Assembly (NCBI GenBank): GCA_051362555.1
Contig: CM120645.1
Location: 12,462,001 to 12,526,000 of the forward strand
DNA: 64,000 nucleotides
Direction: 5' to 3'
Source of the DNA: Lingula anatina
Taxonomy: Eukaryota > Animalia > Brachiopoda
In this document: positions 1 to 13,667 of the stretch, piece by piece
Position numbering within the stretch: position 1 is the stretch's first letter
How the letters are laid out: each line of letters begins with the position of its first letter
The notes under the pieces: generated by a model
The model's database searches: none
What the model saw: the letters and a program-made list of their open reading frames with translations, nothing else
Told to the model about the DNA's origin: nothing
Program-made: the position numbers and the translations under genes

Positions 1-1898
1 GAAAAAAGAAAAATAACCTTCAAAAATACATATACTTTGCAGGATAACCTTGAATTCACCAGTGGTTGCAACTTTTCCCCTGCTGAATTAGAACAGCAGT
101 ATTTGTATAATTAGGCACATCTATCATAACCTTGGTCAGTTAAAACAACTCAATCGATCTTCACCTGACCTGCTTTATTACAAGAATTAAATAAAAAGGA
201 TAAAAAATCTTCTTAAAAAAGGTGGTATTTGCAATTTCATTCTTTTACTTGGCATTTTTTTTTTTCAAACTATCCTGGCCCCATGTGATTAAAAGTGCAC
301 CTGATTTCCATTTTTTTATATATACACACAATACTGACTTAACTTTTTTTAATCAACTGAAAAATCAAACTTTAACATGACCTGATAAATACATATCTAT
401 TATAACAATCCATTGCAATTCATTGCATTTAGCAAAGAGAATTTTCTTTACCTTTCGGTAAAAATCAGATGCTGTCATGAGGCCAAAATATTGCATTTGT
501 CTTAAGAGCTAAGCTGACATGAGGAAAAAACATACTTACATTTTTATAAATTCTCACTGGTATAATTCCCTGACAGCTGACAACCTGACAGATGACCACT
601 AAGGACTGGAATTCCTACGGGGACTTCCAATGCTGGGAACTCTCCAGAAAACACTATGTGCTAGAAGTGGAAAATATCCTAATTAGTATCATCATCCCTT
701 ACACTGTTGACCTTTTCCCTGCACAACATATTAATAAAAATATAAAGTGCATTAATATCAATGCAGTTCTGTTTCAAAAGAAGCATTCTACGGACTATAT
801 CATTTTGGAAAAAAAAACCTGAGCCAATAATTACAATCAATATAGATATTTGCCTTCATGCAAAGTGCATATCACATTTACCAAAAACTTAACTACTGAA
901 AAACAGGTTTAGTTCCAGTTTCCTCTAAATTTTTAGATGTATTCTAAAGTAATTTGGACTTATTATGCAACAATACAAAATGTGTCATATTAAAATGTAA
1001 AAATTATATTTCTTTATATGTTGCATTATGATGTTTTATATCTTTTAACAAAGTCATGGATTGTGTCTTTTGTAGAAAAACTGACAAAAGCAATGTCCCC
1101 AAGTAATCATTAAAATGAAGGATGACAAAAATTAAATCTTGGAGCCTGAGAGTTCTCCAAATAATGGACATAGAATAATATCCCTCTGACTAAAAAAAAA
1201 ACTGCAAAAAATCTGTCAACAAAGAAAAAATTCAAATCACAAGACAGTTCACAAATTTCCCTATTGTTATTCAGGGTCCTTGTACAAATAAATCCCACTG
1301 TGGAATGTCTGATCAACAACCAATTTATTTCAACTTTCATCTTTTGTAATTACTTTGATTATGAAGAATATCCGATGATGATATCGATATAATTGAAACC
1401 AAAAAAAAAAAAAAAAAACAATTCACACTTCTTCCGTTACATCCTTTGACATGATTGCAAAAGCAATAATTTCAGTGTTCACAGTGACTGCTCTTCCTTG
1501 TGGGAAGGGGGTAAGAATAGGGCAATACACTTTCTTTAACAACAAAAAAGCATCACCTGAAATTTTTACAGCATTTCTTAAGAGCACAGCCATTACTGTC
1601 CTACATTCTCTCTTTCTTGAAGGGTTCTACAAGAAAAAACAGCCAGCCCTCTTGAGGATGATGCAATCCCATCATAATTATAATAATCAACTATTGATAA
1701 ATACCATGAATTCAGAAATAGATTTTTAATCTCTACCTCTATTACAGGAGTTAATCAAAAACAAAAAAAGGCATCTTAAACATGGGTTTTTGGATCGTAA
1801 TTCTGTGAATGGTTTTGGATATGGCAAACCTTGGTGATTAAAAAATTGAAATCTCCAGTCAAATTTAATTTTTCCTATATAAAGGCCTAACCCCCTAA

Positions 1899-2073
1899 GG
1901 CCCCATTCAGAACAGTGGACTAACTATACTGCGGATCAAATATGGTGACCCACTAAAAAACTTGCCATCTCATCTGCTAACAGACAGTGAATAGATTCCC
2001 TGTGGGGAAGTATTCAAGTGGGTTGGCCATATTTGACCCTCAGAATAGTTAGTCCACTGTTCTGAATTCGGCC
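1899..2073. mobile_element. PIF/Harbinger (Tourist-like) MITE, family 1
   Basis: Imperfect TIR of about 55 bp (GGCCCCATTCAGAACAGTGGACTAACTAT... / ...ATAGTTAGTCCACTGTTCTGAATTCGGCC), with TAA on both sides (1896-98, 2074-76); second copy at 7778-7963. Confidence 0.8.
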
Positions 2074-4701
2074 TAAGTGCGCCTTTTAAATAACTGTACA
2101 TAAATGACACTAGAGTAAGTCTCGTCACCTTGTATCACACAGTCAAAGCAACCAGTATGTATATACACTGCAGTAGCACAGTGGCTATAGTGCCTGCAGC
2201 AGGGCTAGCAACAAATCACCAGCAAATTTGCCTTTAAAAAAAAGTCAATAATGTGGCAATTACTGTCAGTAATGACATGGCATCTCACCATAGCCTACAA
2301 GTATAGAGAGACCATTGATTATCCATCACTGCAGGCCCCATATGATACCATATATCAAGATTCCAGCACACATTGTTTTACTGAAAGGTGGATTATCACA
2401 CTAACAGTAACATTATCAGTATATGATTATCTATTTAATGGATAAGTGCTTTAATGACAGTTTATTAGCATTAGCTTTTCCATTAAACAGGTGAGGTACA
2501 TATTTCTTATTTTGTCCCCCTGTCAATGTATTCATTTATTTTCAATTTTCAACATTTCTATCTATCAGATCTATCTACAGTATTTATCTTTTCACTTATT
2601 TAGAGGGATACCTGCTGGCAATTCTTTAAAATTATTTCACATTTTTAATATATATTTTCATTATTTAACAAACCTCAAATACAAGATTTTTGATGATACA
2701 AAGGAGCATCAATACATATGCCAATGTTCTGGGAGTGTTTATATCCAACCCAATGACAAAAGTACAGCAATAATCATAAACCGAGGAGAGAAAATGCAAC
2801 AGCAAAGCTAGTGTAGATCATCAATCTATCTCCATCTATCCATCTAGCACACAAAGCTCCCACTAGAATTCCCTCGCAGCTTGCCTGCAGTGTACACGAG
2901 AGCAATGGAAATTGTAACGATCAATAGAACTGTCATGCTGCTACAGAGACAGCTTTTTTCTGTGTAAATATTTTGTTCAAATGAAGAGGAATTTCCTTGT
3001 CATAATTTCATTTTTATAGTGCACTATTATTTCATTAATTGGATTTAACCCATTTCTTTACAGGAAAGTTACCTTTGAAATGAAGGTATGTTAGGCAAGA
3101 ACAAAAAAAACAATAACCTAGGACATATTTTTTGCATGCCTATTGCCTATCATACCTTTTATAAACAAATGATACATAAATCAAAACTTAATAAAATAAT
3201 ATTTCTAATAGTCTTATTAATTTTTTTAATAAACCAAAATATTTCAAATTATGTATCCTCTATTAAATGTACATCAATTAGATAAAAATTTCAAAACATT
3301 TTTCCAATGAACATGAAATAGCAGAAAACATGTACTGCTAATCAAAATCATATCAATTTTCATTTACCACTTAATTTCTTCATCTTGGATTTCAAGGTTA
3401 CAGTACACACTGTAGAAATGCAGTCCCCAAACTACTAAACACAAATGTAATTTCTCCTCAGAATGTTTTTTATTCTTTAATAATTAATGACAGCTTTGTC
3501 AACACCCAGTCAGAAAATCATTAATGTTCTGCATGAAAGTCCGCAGAGGATTGAAGTATATTTACTTCCAAATCCATGCATTTCTTAATGTAACGGCAGT
3601 TCTGAGTCAGCATGGTACTCTTAGGTAATTAGGCATCAGTTCTAGTGGTTAAAAAAGCTCTTTTCTTCTGCAAAAAATAATAAAATAAATAAGTTTAAAT
3701 AAATGAGTTAAAATTTAAAATAAAATAAATGAAATAAAATAGAATGCAGAAGCAGTAATGGCTACACCAGCATGGATATCTGGTAGCTTGTAGAACAAAT
3801 GTATACTGTCTAATCATAACTATGTATTAATTCCAAATGTTAAGAATACTTCATGGCCCCACCTTCAAGGGGACATTTATCATATAAAATTTACATGAAT
3901 AGTATCATTTTTAAGGCAGAGCTCTCCCATTTGTTGATAGGTCATTTTATCTACCCTTACTTAAAAGTTTTTTTCTCAATCCCAAAGATAAAAAAAACTT
4001 GAGTAGGTTGATAGCACAAGGTTCTGAATCATACCTGTGGTTTTGATAAACCAGAACTATTTTGGCATGTCAGAAACTTTGGAACCATCTCTGGAAGTAT
4101 TTGGTTCCATGCTGAGGGAGATGACATTGTTGGGATTGTTTCATTTGTTGCTTTCTTCAGCTTTTTCATATTTGTGTAATGACAAAAATTTTAAACAGTG
4201 CCTCACAAAGTATTTCATTTGATCTCCCGGTTGTCATAAGACCAGTTATCTTAACAAAGTGCATTGATTTTACTAAAAATAAAAAAAAAGGAAAAAAGGA
4301 GAAAAAAAAAGAAATCTAGGACATCTTTCCGTGGAGGGCTGCATACTTTACCCAGTCCTTGACAAAGTATTTAAAAAAAAAAGAAAAAGTATTTTAATAT
4401 CACAAATATCAGAATATTGCATATGGCTGATTATTTCACTATCATTGGAGAATTCAAGACCAATTAAATGTGGCTATCAGTTACTATCCCTTCTGGGCTT
4501 TAGCTACACTTACTTCAGTGAGTATCATAAGAAAACAAATTAAAAGTCTTACACTGATTTCAGTAATCAGATATACAGAAAGAAGGTGGCTTTAGTTCTC
4601 ATTTGCTTTATCTTCTAATTGCATCATTATTATTATTTTATGGCTGATCCACTTGAAAGCTTACTGCTTAATCCCTGCAGGAAATATATTCAGTGTCTAT
4701 T

Positions 4702-4791
4702 AGGGGATTATGCTTCAAGTTTTCAGATGGTTCAGCCATGTTTGATTCGCGAATCTGTTAGTCTGCGGATCAACTAGTTCTGAATGTGCCC
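4702..4791. mobile_element. Truncated right half of a family-1 Harbinger-like MITE
   Basis: GGGGATTA...GCCATGTTTGATTCGCGAATCTGTTAGT...TTCTGAATGTGCCC matches the right arm of 7778-7963. Confidence 0.5.
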
Positions 4792-5243
4792 TAGGACTGC
4801 ACAAAATCACATGTAATTATCTGTAAATATCAAATCAAAATCAATCCACTTACACTTCTAAATTCTCAATAAAACACATCCTACAGTCTTCCATGAGCTG
4901 TGTTTTAAGACTTGTGCCTCTCCACGTGTATTTTTTAAGAAACCCCTTCAATTTTCACTAAAAATATCAAGGATTGCAACAGCAGTGACTTACTGATAAA
5001 TCCACTGGTTCAAAAATCTAATTTCATAAACGCGCCCTTGAAGAGGCATACTGCAATTCTGCCCTTCCACTATTTGACAGCTAATATCTAGGATTGCATG
5101 AATGAGTCTTAATGAAATAGACAGAGAGACAACAGATTTCTAATTACAGATAGACAGGACCGGAGGCATGTCTGGAAGAGTTTCTGCCTGCTGCAGATGC
5201 ACTAGTATCAGTGATCAATTTTTATATTGATCCTGGCTATATA

Positions 5244-5460
5244 CAGTAAAAACTTGAAAATTTAGTCAGTCTTGAAAATTTTGTTGGAAGACAATTCTCC
5301 GCCAACATAATTTTTTTCACTGTGAAAATTTTGTCAAACTTGAAAATGGGCCCCTCGATAATTTTGAAAAGTTTGTCACCTAGTACAGCCATGTTGGATT
5401 CTCACATTTAAAAAATATTTATTAATTTTTTAAAGTGATGAAGTTTTCAAGTTTTTACTG
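5244..5460. mobile_element. Tc1/mariner (pogo/Tigger-type) MITE
   Basis: Perfect 17-bp TIR CAGTAAAAACTTGAAAA with TA on both sides; internal CTTGAAAAT repeats. Confidence 0.75.
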
Positions 5461-6437
5461 TATGCACCCCCACCTCTTCTATCTTTTTTATCTAAACTTG
5501 CATCAAGATTAAAAAGCAATCTATTGACACTGTATTGACAGGTGTATAAATCTCATCCTACAGGTCTGTCCCCCATCCCCCTCTCCCCCCCCCCCCCCAA
5601 AAAAAAGAGATAATACGCAAAGCTCAAGTGCCCGTCAATTTTCCAGATCAAGAAAACAATTTTGTGTCATGTTTTCCATGCATTCCTATAAGTTTTCATA
5701 ATTTCATCTTGCCTATCTTATAAGGTCTATTGCCCATGGTCAGAAATTAATTCTAATGAGCCTGTGCATTTTAATTAGACGTTTTTACATAAACCCTGCT
5801 CCACCCCACCCTTTCAGAGAGAACACAACTCTCCACACCAGCAATGCTGTCACCTGTACACCTCCACATAAACCCTCCAGATTTATTCTCTAGATTTCCT
5901 GATCTTTAAGTGCTCGGCGATACTTGTAATCCAATAATTCTGGACCAATTACACCTGAATAACGCATTCAACTCTACCTGCCAGGCGAGCACTTGTTAAT
6001 ATGGCTACTTAGGCCATGGTTTACCTGGCAATTAATCACCCACAGCTCCTGGCTAATAGTGAGTAATGAGGCAGGACTGAATAAGATGTTGCTGGGGCTG
6101 CTGGTGGCCATTTCAAGTATGCAAAAAATATTAAAAGTAGGAACAAATAGATGAGTAAGATTTAGACAATGAGTGGAATGGTAATCGAGTGAGTGAAAGG
6201 ATAAATGAATGAATGGATAAACAAACAGATGCAAATCAATCACTGAGTCAGGACATTAAACTGGTGTGTTCAGAGAGGTGGTGTCAACTTCTTAGTATGT
6301 ACCACCAGCCGAATATGTGTGTCAGATATCATGGACAATATATTGTAACCTATTTTCCTTCACATATGAACTTAGCTGTATGAGCAGGATTTAAAGTTTG
6401 TGTCTGTATGCATGTGTGTGCATGCCTATGTGAACGC

Positions 6438-6468
<31 letters not shown>

Positions 6469-7549
6469 GGTAATGAACACCACTAAGGACAATGTAAAAA
6501 TGACTGCGAAAAAAATCTTTAGCCTGTATGAGTCAACACTTAAGTACACTTAGAAGAAAGCAATGGCAGTGCTCCAGAGATGATGGCAGAAGAATGGGTG
6601 CCCTATTCTCACAGTTCTTGGATATCAATAGAAGCTCACAGCAAGATTTGATTACTGGCATGCACTATATTGGCACTCGCTGGCGGTAGATTTTCCTGGA
6701 ATTTGCCAAGTTCTCTCTTCTTTGGTTCATCCTAATAGAGGGGGAAAGATACCTAACTTGCACCAAGTGTTAAAGATGCCTTACAGACAATTTCCATATT
6801 TATTATTCTCTCAGTGAGATTTGATTACTGACATGTTCTGTATTTGTGTGGGTCCTGCATCTTTCCTTGAGCTTTCTTTTTGATTTTTATTGACAGTGGT
6901 CAGAAAAAGGTCCATATCTTACAGCTATGATCATTGACCCCTGGGAACGAATTTTCTTTAAAAGATTTTTATTCCACTAAAATCATAATGAAAGATCTTT
7001 TTAATACTTTTGCTTGGAATTTAAGCCAAATTTACTTTCATATTTTTTTTTTTTATTTCTAAATTGTTATTCATTTTCCAAACAAAGATGTAATTTTCAT
7101 TAAGTTCAAGCCAAATTTACTTTCATTTTTTTTACATTTATTAATCTTTATTCAATTTTTCAAATGTAATTTTCATTAGCACTATCATAAAAATGCACCA
7201 GAGGTGAAGTAATTTATAGACAAATACATTTCAATACCATAAAAAAGAGGGGAAATGGAATGTACAGCAACTATGTCTATGAAATCTATAAAACCCTCAG
7301 TACAAGTAAATTTGCACAAACTTAAAAAATCTATAAATGTGTCTGGCAAAAAACTTTCGGGTGCAAACGATCGGGGTATACAGGAATATCTAGGAAATTA
7401 GAATTGATAAAATTATCAGAGAAAGCCAAAGCTACATGTTTTATGTATTCCAAAATGGCACGATATATTGGTTACCTATCTCTAGTCAAAAATTTCCAGG
7501 CGCCAGTTTCACAAAAGTACTTTAGCACATAAAATGGTCTACACTATAA

Positions 7550-7774
7550 GGGTGCTTTCCCAGAGATTTAGATCGATCTAAAGATTAAGTTTTGGATCAA
7601 CCTAACTCCCTGGGGGTTCACGCTAAATTGCAGTCAGCTGATCGGGCACCATAGTTAATTACCCCCTTACAGCTTTTAGTAGGCGGGACAGACGATTAAG
7701 GGGCCAAGCTGACAGTAATCTAGTGAGACTCCCCACAGGGATAGATCGATCTAAAAATCTATGGAAATGGGGTG
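7550..7774. mobile_element. Harbinger-like MITE, family 2
   Basis: Imperfect TIR (TTTCCCAGAGATTTAGATCGATCTA / TAGATCGATCTAAAAATCTATGGAAA) and TAA flanks; shares AGTTAATTACCCCC and GCTTT(T)AGTAGGCG with 43882-44138. Confidence 0.6.
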
Positions 7775-7777
7775 TAA

Positions 7778-7963
7778 GAGTGCATTCAGAACAGTGGACT
7801 AACAGATCCACAGATCAAATATGGTGACCCACTAAAAAGCTTGCCACTTATCTCCCGATTAGACCCTGATAAGATTCCCTGCGGGGATTACACACCAAGG
7901 ATTCAAAGTGGGTCGGCCATATTTGATCCACGGATCTGTTAGTTCGCTTTTCTGAATGTGCTC
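7778..7963. mobile_element. PIF/Harbinger MITE, family 1
   Basis: TIR GAGTGCATTCAGAACAGTGGACTAACAGATCC / GGATCTGTTAGTTCGCTTTTCTGAATGTGCTC, TAA TSD (7775-77, 7964-66); homologous to 1899-2073. Confidence 0.8.
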
Positions 7964-9087
7964 TAAGATAAGCAAATTGGTCCAATTCAGTTCAAGATAA
8001 ATCTGTATTGCTTCACTTTAAAGAGTCATACATTGTACTTTAATACAATTTAATTTTAAAACAATAGAATATTGCCTGTAAAAATGGTCTGTGTTAAATA
8101 ATTATAACAAAGAATATGCAGAAATGTGGCAACTCTGCCATTTGAAGTAAGTTTTTTTACTCACTCCTTGCCTCAAAAAAACAAACCATGTAATCATTTG
8201 AGTGAAATAAGGCATAAGTTTATCAGTGAAATAAACTGCCATTACTGGTCTTGACTTGGGATAGGCTGAAGCCAAGAAAGCACTTGTTATCTGTCATATT
8301 ACAGCTCTCTGCACCACGATCAATTGATGTCTGAAATTTGCTTTATCCTCAGTCGTAAACTCCTCTAATAGCATTTCACCTTTTTTTGCCACTGCATGAA
8401 CAGAGAGTTACATGACTCTGCACTTACTAGCACCAGTCTTTATAATTCTTTTGTCAATTGTTGAATACGATGAAGTTTCCTCCATAAAAGGAAAAAAATC
8501 ACTTTTCAAGTTTTTCTCAAAAAAGAAAAAATCAATTTTTTCACCAACTTGAAAGTTCTGGTTTTGCTGAACAAAAAATGAACCAAGAGTGATCCCAGTC
8601 AATATACAGTGAACCAAAGCTAACAATATTCCACCCGTGTTCGATTGGATGAACAACGATTTCACACAATCGTAACTGCTAATAAAAGGCATGACATTCA
8701 TCCACCTAGATAGCTGTGGTTTATGCAAAACTGTAGTCTTCATTCACTTGTTTAACCATGCAACTATGACAGTCAACCTAATCATTATGGACAGGGAATT
8801 TTGAACGAACACAAGGTTATCGTAAAGTATGACCATTATGCAGAACACAATCACATTTCTCAAATAACCACTGACATTATCCATTCACTAGTCAATCCAC
8901 GAGCTTTTCGGTCTCCTCATAAAAAGGTTAAAAGATAATCCCACTGGCAAAGATAGGAACTTTCTGAATTACAATTAATAAATAATACTAAAATACTTCA
9001 AATTAAGTTGAAAATTACTCCATTATAATATAGGTTTATGACAATTAAAGCATGCCTATGTGGTTACCAGAAATGTTTATATCTTAA

Positions 9088-9342
9088 GACTCATTCCCAT
9101 TGAAACTACCAGTCCACGTATATCAATCCAACTCTGCAGGGACTCTTGCTGAATGCAATCAGTTTAACTTTTTTATCAGTTTAACAGATCTGGGTATTGA
9201 GTGGAATACTGAAAAGCTGGTGTTCATACGATGGAAACGAGAGGAGCTGTGGTAACCTGTTACCCTGACTGCATTCAGTGAGAGTCCCCACAAAATTGGA
9301 TCGATGCACAGAGATGGTCAGTTTCAATGGGAATTGGGGTAC
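9088..9342. mobile_element. Harbinger-like MITE related to family 2
   Basis: Inverted arms ATTCCCATTGAAACT / AGTTTCAATGGGAAT and GGGACTCTTGCTGAATGCAATCAG / CTGACTGCATTCAGTGAGAGTCCC; TAA on the left. Confidence 0.65.
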
Positions 9343-10293
9343 TAGGGAAGGCTAGGAAGTACTTCTGTTTGTAATATTAAAGAGCATTATCTGGTATCAG
9401 GTTAAGTTTTTTATACATGACGAAAAAAAACTATTTCTCATTTTGGGGAAAATGGATTTCGCTCAACGGACATTTTATAAGCATTAATTGTTGAAAAAAG
9501 GAGAACTGATTTCTCTGGGTGGTCACAACATGTGTTGATTGCACAATGAAAGCTGTCAGTAACATACCTGGCAGCTAGCTAAACCCAGCAGCCATTTCCA
9601 ATAGCATCCATTGCATTGAATATACTGCAATTAACCTCCAATTCAGATATCATTCCAAAATATCATAATTTGATTCTATAAATTGATATTTACAAAACAT
9701 CTCAAACAATATCTGACAAATTAGTGGCTCATAATCTACAAACCTTTTAATGAGGCAAATAAGTCCATGTGATACAGCCTCCAGACAAAAGTATGACTTG
9801 TCTGTCAGTTAGCCTAATATAGCCATATGGTACTACAGTCATCACAGAAATTATACTTCTTGTCATTACTGAGAAATTCAAAGAAGTAACAGAAGTAACA
9901 CCTTATATGCATGTGCATGTTATATAATTATGATAATTCTTCAGTAACTTGTTACCTTTAAATTGCTGCAAAACTATGTAGACTCCATTAGTCTGTGTAC
10001 TAGTAGCCACATTGTCAATATACGGTATGTCAAAAAAAGTTCAATTATGATGTTACTTCCATACAAATATAATTCATACAAACATTCACTGATGTGTTTT
10101 TTGCCTCTTTATAAGCATATACATGATGCAAGGCTTTTAACGCCAATGTATTTTTTGCATTGCAATGAACCGTGTTATGTAAATGGTGCTGAATTTTTTT
10201 TCTCCAGAATGAATAACTCACCGTTTATTCCTTGATATTTTCTGGTAACTTGACAATTACCTATACTATAAATGTCATGCAAAAATAATTACT

Positions 10294-10325
<32 letters not shown>

Positions 10326-10372
10326 ATATATATACATTGTATATTACCCCGTACCCCCAAGTATGCACTTAC

Positions 10373-10566
10373 CTGCCCACGAAGCCTATCAGAAAGCCTC
10401 CTCTATTGTCTCACTCCTTATCTATTTTCCTCCATAAAACAGCCCAGTTACGAGCAGCTGCATCTAGAAGAATGCATGGAAATTGCTCCTCACGATGGGA
10501 CCGCCTTGCACATCAAATAAAATGTGATGATTCTCTAAGATGCTCCCACCAAGTTGAAACACACTG
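10373..10566 (-). other. Candidate non-coding (5' UTR or lncRNA) internal exon
   Basis: Minus-strand acceptor TTTTTTTCTCTCTCTTTGCAG|CAG (NAGNAG) and consensus donor CAG|GTAAGT; stops in all three frames. Confidence 0.45.
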
Positions 10567-13502
10567 CTGCAAAGAGAGAGAAAAAAATCAATGCCGGCTA
10601 TCTCAGGCCTGTTGAGCCAGAAAATAGTGTGAAAGACTTGAATACAAGTAGTCTCGAACTAGAGTGTAATGTCAATATTGGGTGAAAGCGATAGGACGCT
10701 AGGCAATAGGTTATCTACACTTATTGCTGTGTCCTTTTCGATTGGGTAATTAACCTTTGTGGTAAATGCATCAAGAATAAAATGAAGGCAATTAAATTGG
10801 TATTAGTAGAGGTACTATACCAGTACTATCATGGCATATGTTCTTTAAAAAAATGTAATTATACTTTCCTCACCAGCACTTCCTCCATCCCCCCATCCCC
10901 TATAAAGTACTCAAAAAATTCCATAAGACCACTGAGCGACCCCTTTCTGCTCCCCCACCCCCAACACCATATGATGTAAATACTAAGAACAACTAACACA
11001 ATGAGATCAGAATTTCTTGAAATGTTCCTTCTCCAACAATTGTTGCCTGACGTACCCTAAATCCTTTTATCAAATGAATCCATTAAAAAGAAAAACAAAA
11101 TATAAAAACAAATATGAATATGAAAAATACACACAAATAAAGAGACTAATTATAAAGAAATGACAAACCATGCACCATGCCATAATTTCAAGATTGCTGT
11201 AACAACAGAGTAACTTTACTCTGCATTTTTCCTTCATTCACTTCATTATTCTTATACTGACAGCAAAGAATATCTTAATAGTTCCTTCAGAAGAACAGGA
11301 AATACTCAGAGTGGCTAGTTAGCTTCAGAAATTATCCTTCATATACCTTTTAAAACCCCAACTTCATCATCCCATCTAAGAACTTTCCAACATGGATTGA
11401 AGTTGTGTTTCCAGTGAGATAGGACCGATGAAACACAGAACAACTAAGCTCTTATTCAGCAGATTCACAACGTCAATTAAAGGGCAAGAGATATATCTAT
11501 ACCTTAATATCCTGAAACATGTTATTCAATTAAAATTTTAAAAAATTACATCTACTTTGCTCAATTTTTAATTTAATGCTCTTGGCTCTGCTGAAAAAAA
11601 GGAAAGTTATTTCCAATTTTCATATTTGATATATAACAAAAAAAGGGTAAAAAAACCTTATGATACAGCAGATCTTTAGTTGTGTGTGTGTGTGTGTATT
11701 TGCTAGTTATGGTGGGCTAATCAAAAACTGACAGCCTACAGATGGGTCAGACCAAGATAGACCAACCAAGCTGCACTGGAAACACGTCTTCAGGGCCCGT
11801 GCTCTGCCCAGGAGTAATAGAGTTGATTGTGAACAAACAGAACTCACTCACGCCTGAAGTCAACCGCATCATAAATCTGATCAACTTATCCACTAGAGCA
11901 TGCATGATGACACAGACCTGAACTTTACTGACAGCAGACCTCATTGTGGAGTTTTTTGTAATGGTAATTTTATCAATTCTGATGGTATTTGGTCAATAGC
12001 AAAGGAAAAATATTGATATTATCATAGTTCATTATTCCAAGATAAGATAAGAAAATGTGGCAAATTCAGACTTATCACAGATACATGTAATTTTTGTTAC
12101 TGTTAAAAAGGCAAAATTTTTACAAAAACCAAAACTGTGATATCCAATTTTCATTTGTATTAAAAGAAATATATTGACCCATGATTACCACGACCATCTT
12201 GTTGTACCCAAAATGGCAAGCACTTTACTCTGTTCATCATCCATGCAGGCATTAAATCTACATTACAGTACTTATTTTAAATATTTCATTATAAAAACAA
12301 CACACATACCCTCAGGGGAAAGGCTTATAAAATAAACCCCAAATGATTACCAATTATAGAGTCCTTTCACACTACATTGCACACACCGAGTGCATCAAAT
12401 CACCGACTTAAAAGCAAAAACTTGTTCTGTCATAATCTCCCCTTCCCTACGGAATTACTGTTATCAAGGAATAAAACCAGGATTTCCACAGAGAAAAATC
12501 TACTTATATATAGGGGTTGGAGGAGGGCGGCTTGGCATATCTTCGCTAGTAAAAAAATGCCTCCCATAGTTGAAAGAAAAAACATTTCTGAAAGAGAATT
12601 TCAAACTTAAAGTTTGCTAATTTTATCACATTTTAAATGATTCCGTAAGTTAGTTAGGGAAACCTAATCGATTTAACACAGGAAAACAGGACTATTTTTT
12701 ACAAAAAGCATAAAAAAACATACATGTGTTATGCACTTTTGTGAGAATGGAGGATAGAGAGGCGAAAATGAATGTAAACGTATTCAAAACTTGACGCCCT
12801 GTTTGGAAAATGTAGTGGTCCCAAATGAAACACCATGCCTTAAGTGAAAAACTAATAACAATACCATCCCTGATAAGCACTGACAAAATTACATATAGAA
12901 ACCTGTGTTAATCTTTTTTCCAATAATTTTCATACCGACCAATACAAAAATCTATGAGAGATTCACAACCGAGAGTATCATAATCCGTTAAAAGGGACTA
13001 CATGACACTGGAAGCCCAGGGCATAGTTTTTGTAGTTACCAGTACTGTTAAATACAGATATAAAACATAATCCATACGGTTGTTTCAGCTAATCTTTCTT
13101 CCAAATGTTAGTTCAATAAAAGCAATTTGAGAAAAAAGATTTTCAAGGCCACAACCTCTTGCTGACTGTCACTAAATATTTCTAATAGCTTTACTTTGTT
13201 CAATTAAACAGTTATATAAGTAACTGCGAATTCACCCTGGACAGATAAAAAAAGAAAACATGCACAAAACAAAGATTGAAATTTAATTGTATTCAATGTA
13301 ATTCACATAACTCCACAGTTACAGAAGGATGACATAACACACCATAATGACACTCCAAAAGTCAAGGCCAAGTTTGTGATTTGATTGGAAAATTGGTGGA
13401 GCTTAGCATATTGTTTGTTGCGCTGTGACCTGGACGCCTATAATTAGCACCAACACTCAACATGATCAAACAAAAATAAACAATACAAAAATTAATACCT
13501 AC

Positions 13503-13667
13503 TTGCTACACTGATTTCCTATCCTAACAGTATCTTCAGTCTTGTTTGGAAAGTATCGACATGTATCGAAGAACAAGAAGAATATTGTCACAATGGAGTT
13601 TCACAAGTTGCCAATAAGAATCTTTGCCATTTATGTCCAAAAAGGCTTCAGAACCTGGCCTTTATAA
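13503..13667 (-). other. Candidate non-coding exon
   Basis: Minus-strand acceptor ATTTTTGTCAG and donor CAA|GTAGGT; no open frame. Weak. Confidence 0.2.

Noticed and set aside
5960-6110. Enhancer-like cluster of TAAT and CCTGGC motifs (similar homeobox-site cluster at 46430-46700)
   Set aside because: Short motifs in AT-rich DNA; untestable without cross-species conservation.
8408-8743. 111-aa minus-strand ORF
   Set aside because: No recognisable domain, contains homopolymer-derived stretches, and has no convincing splice context.
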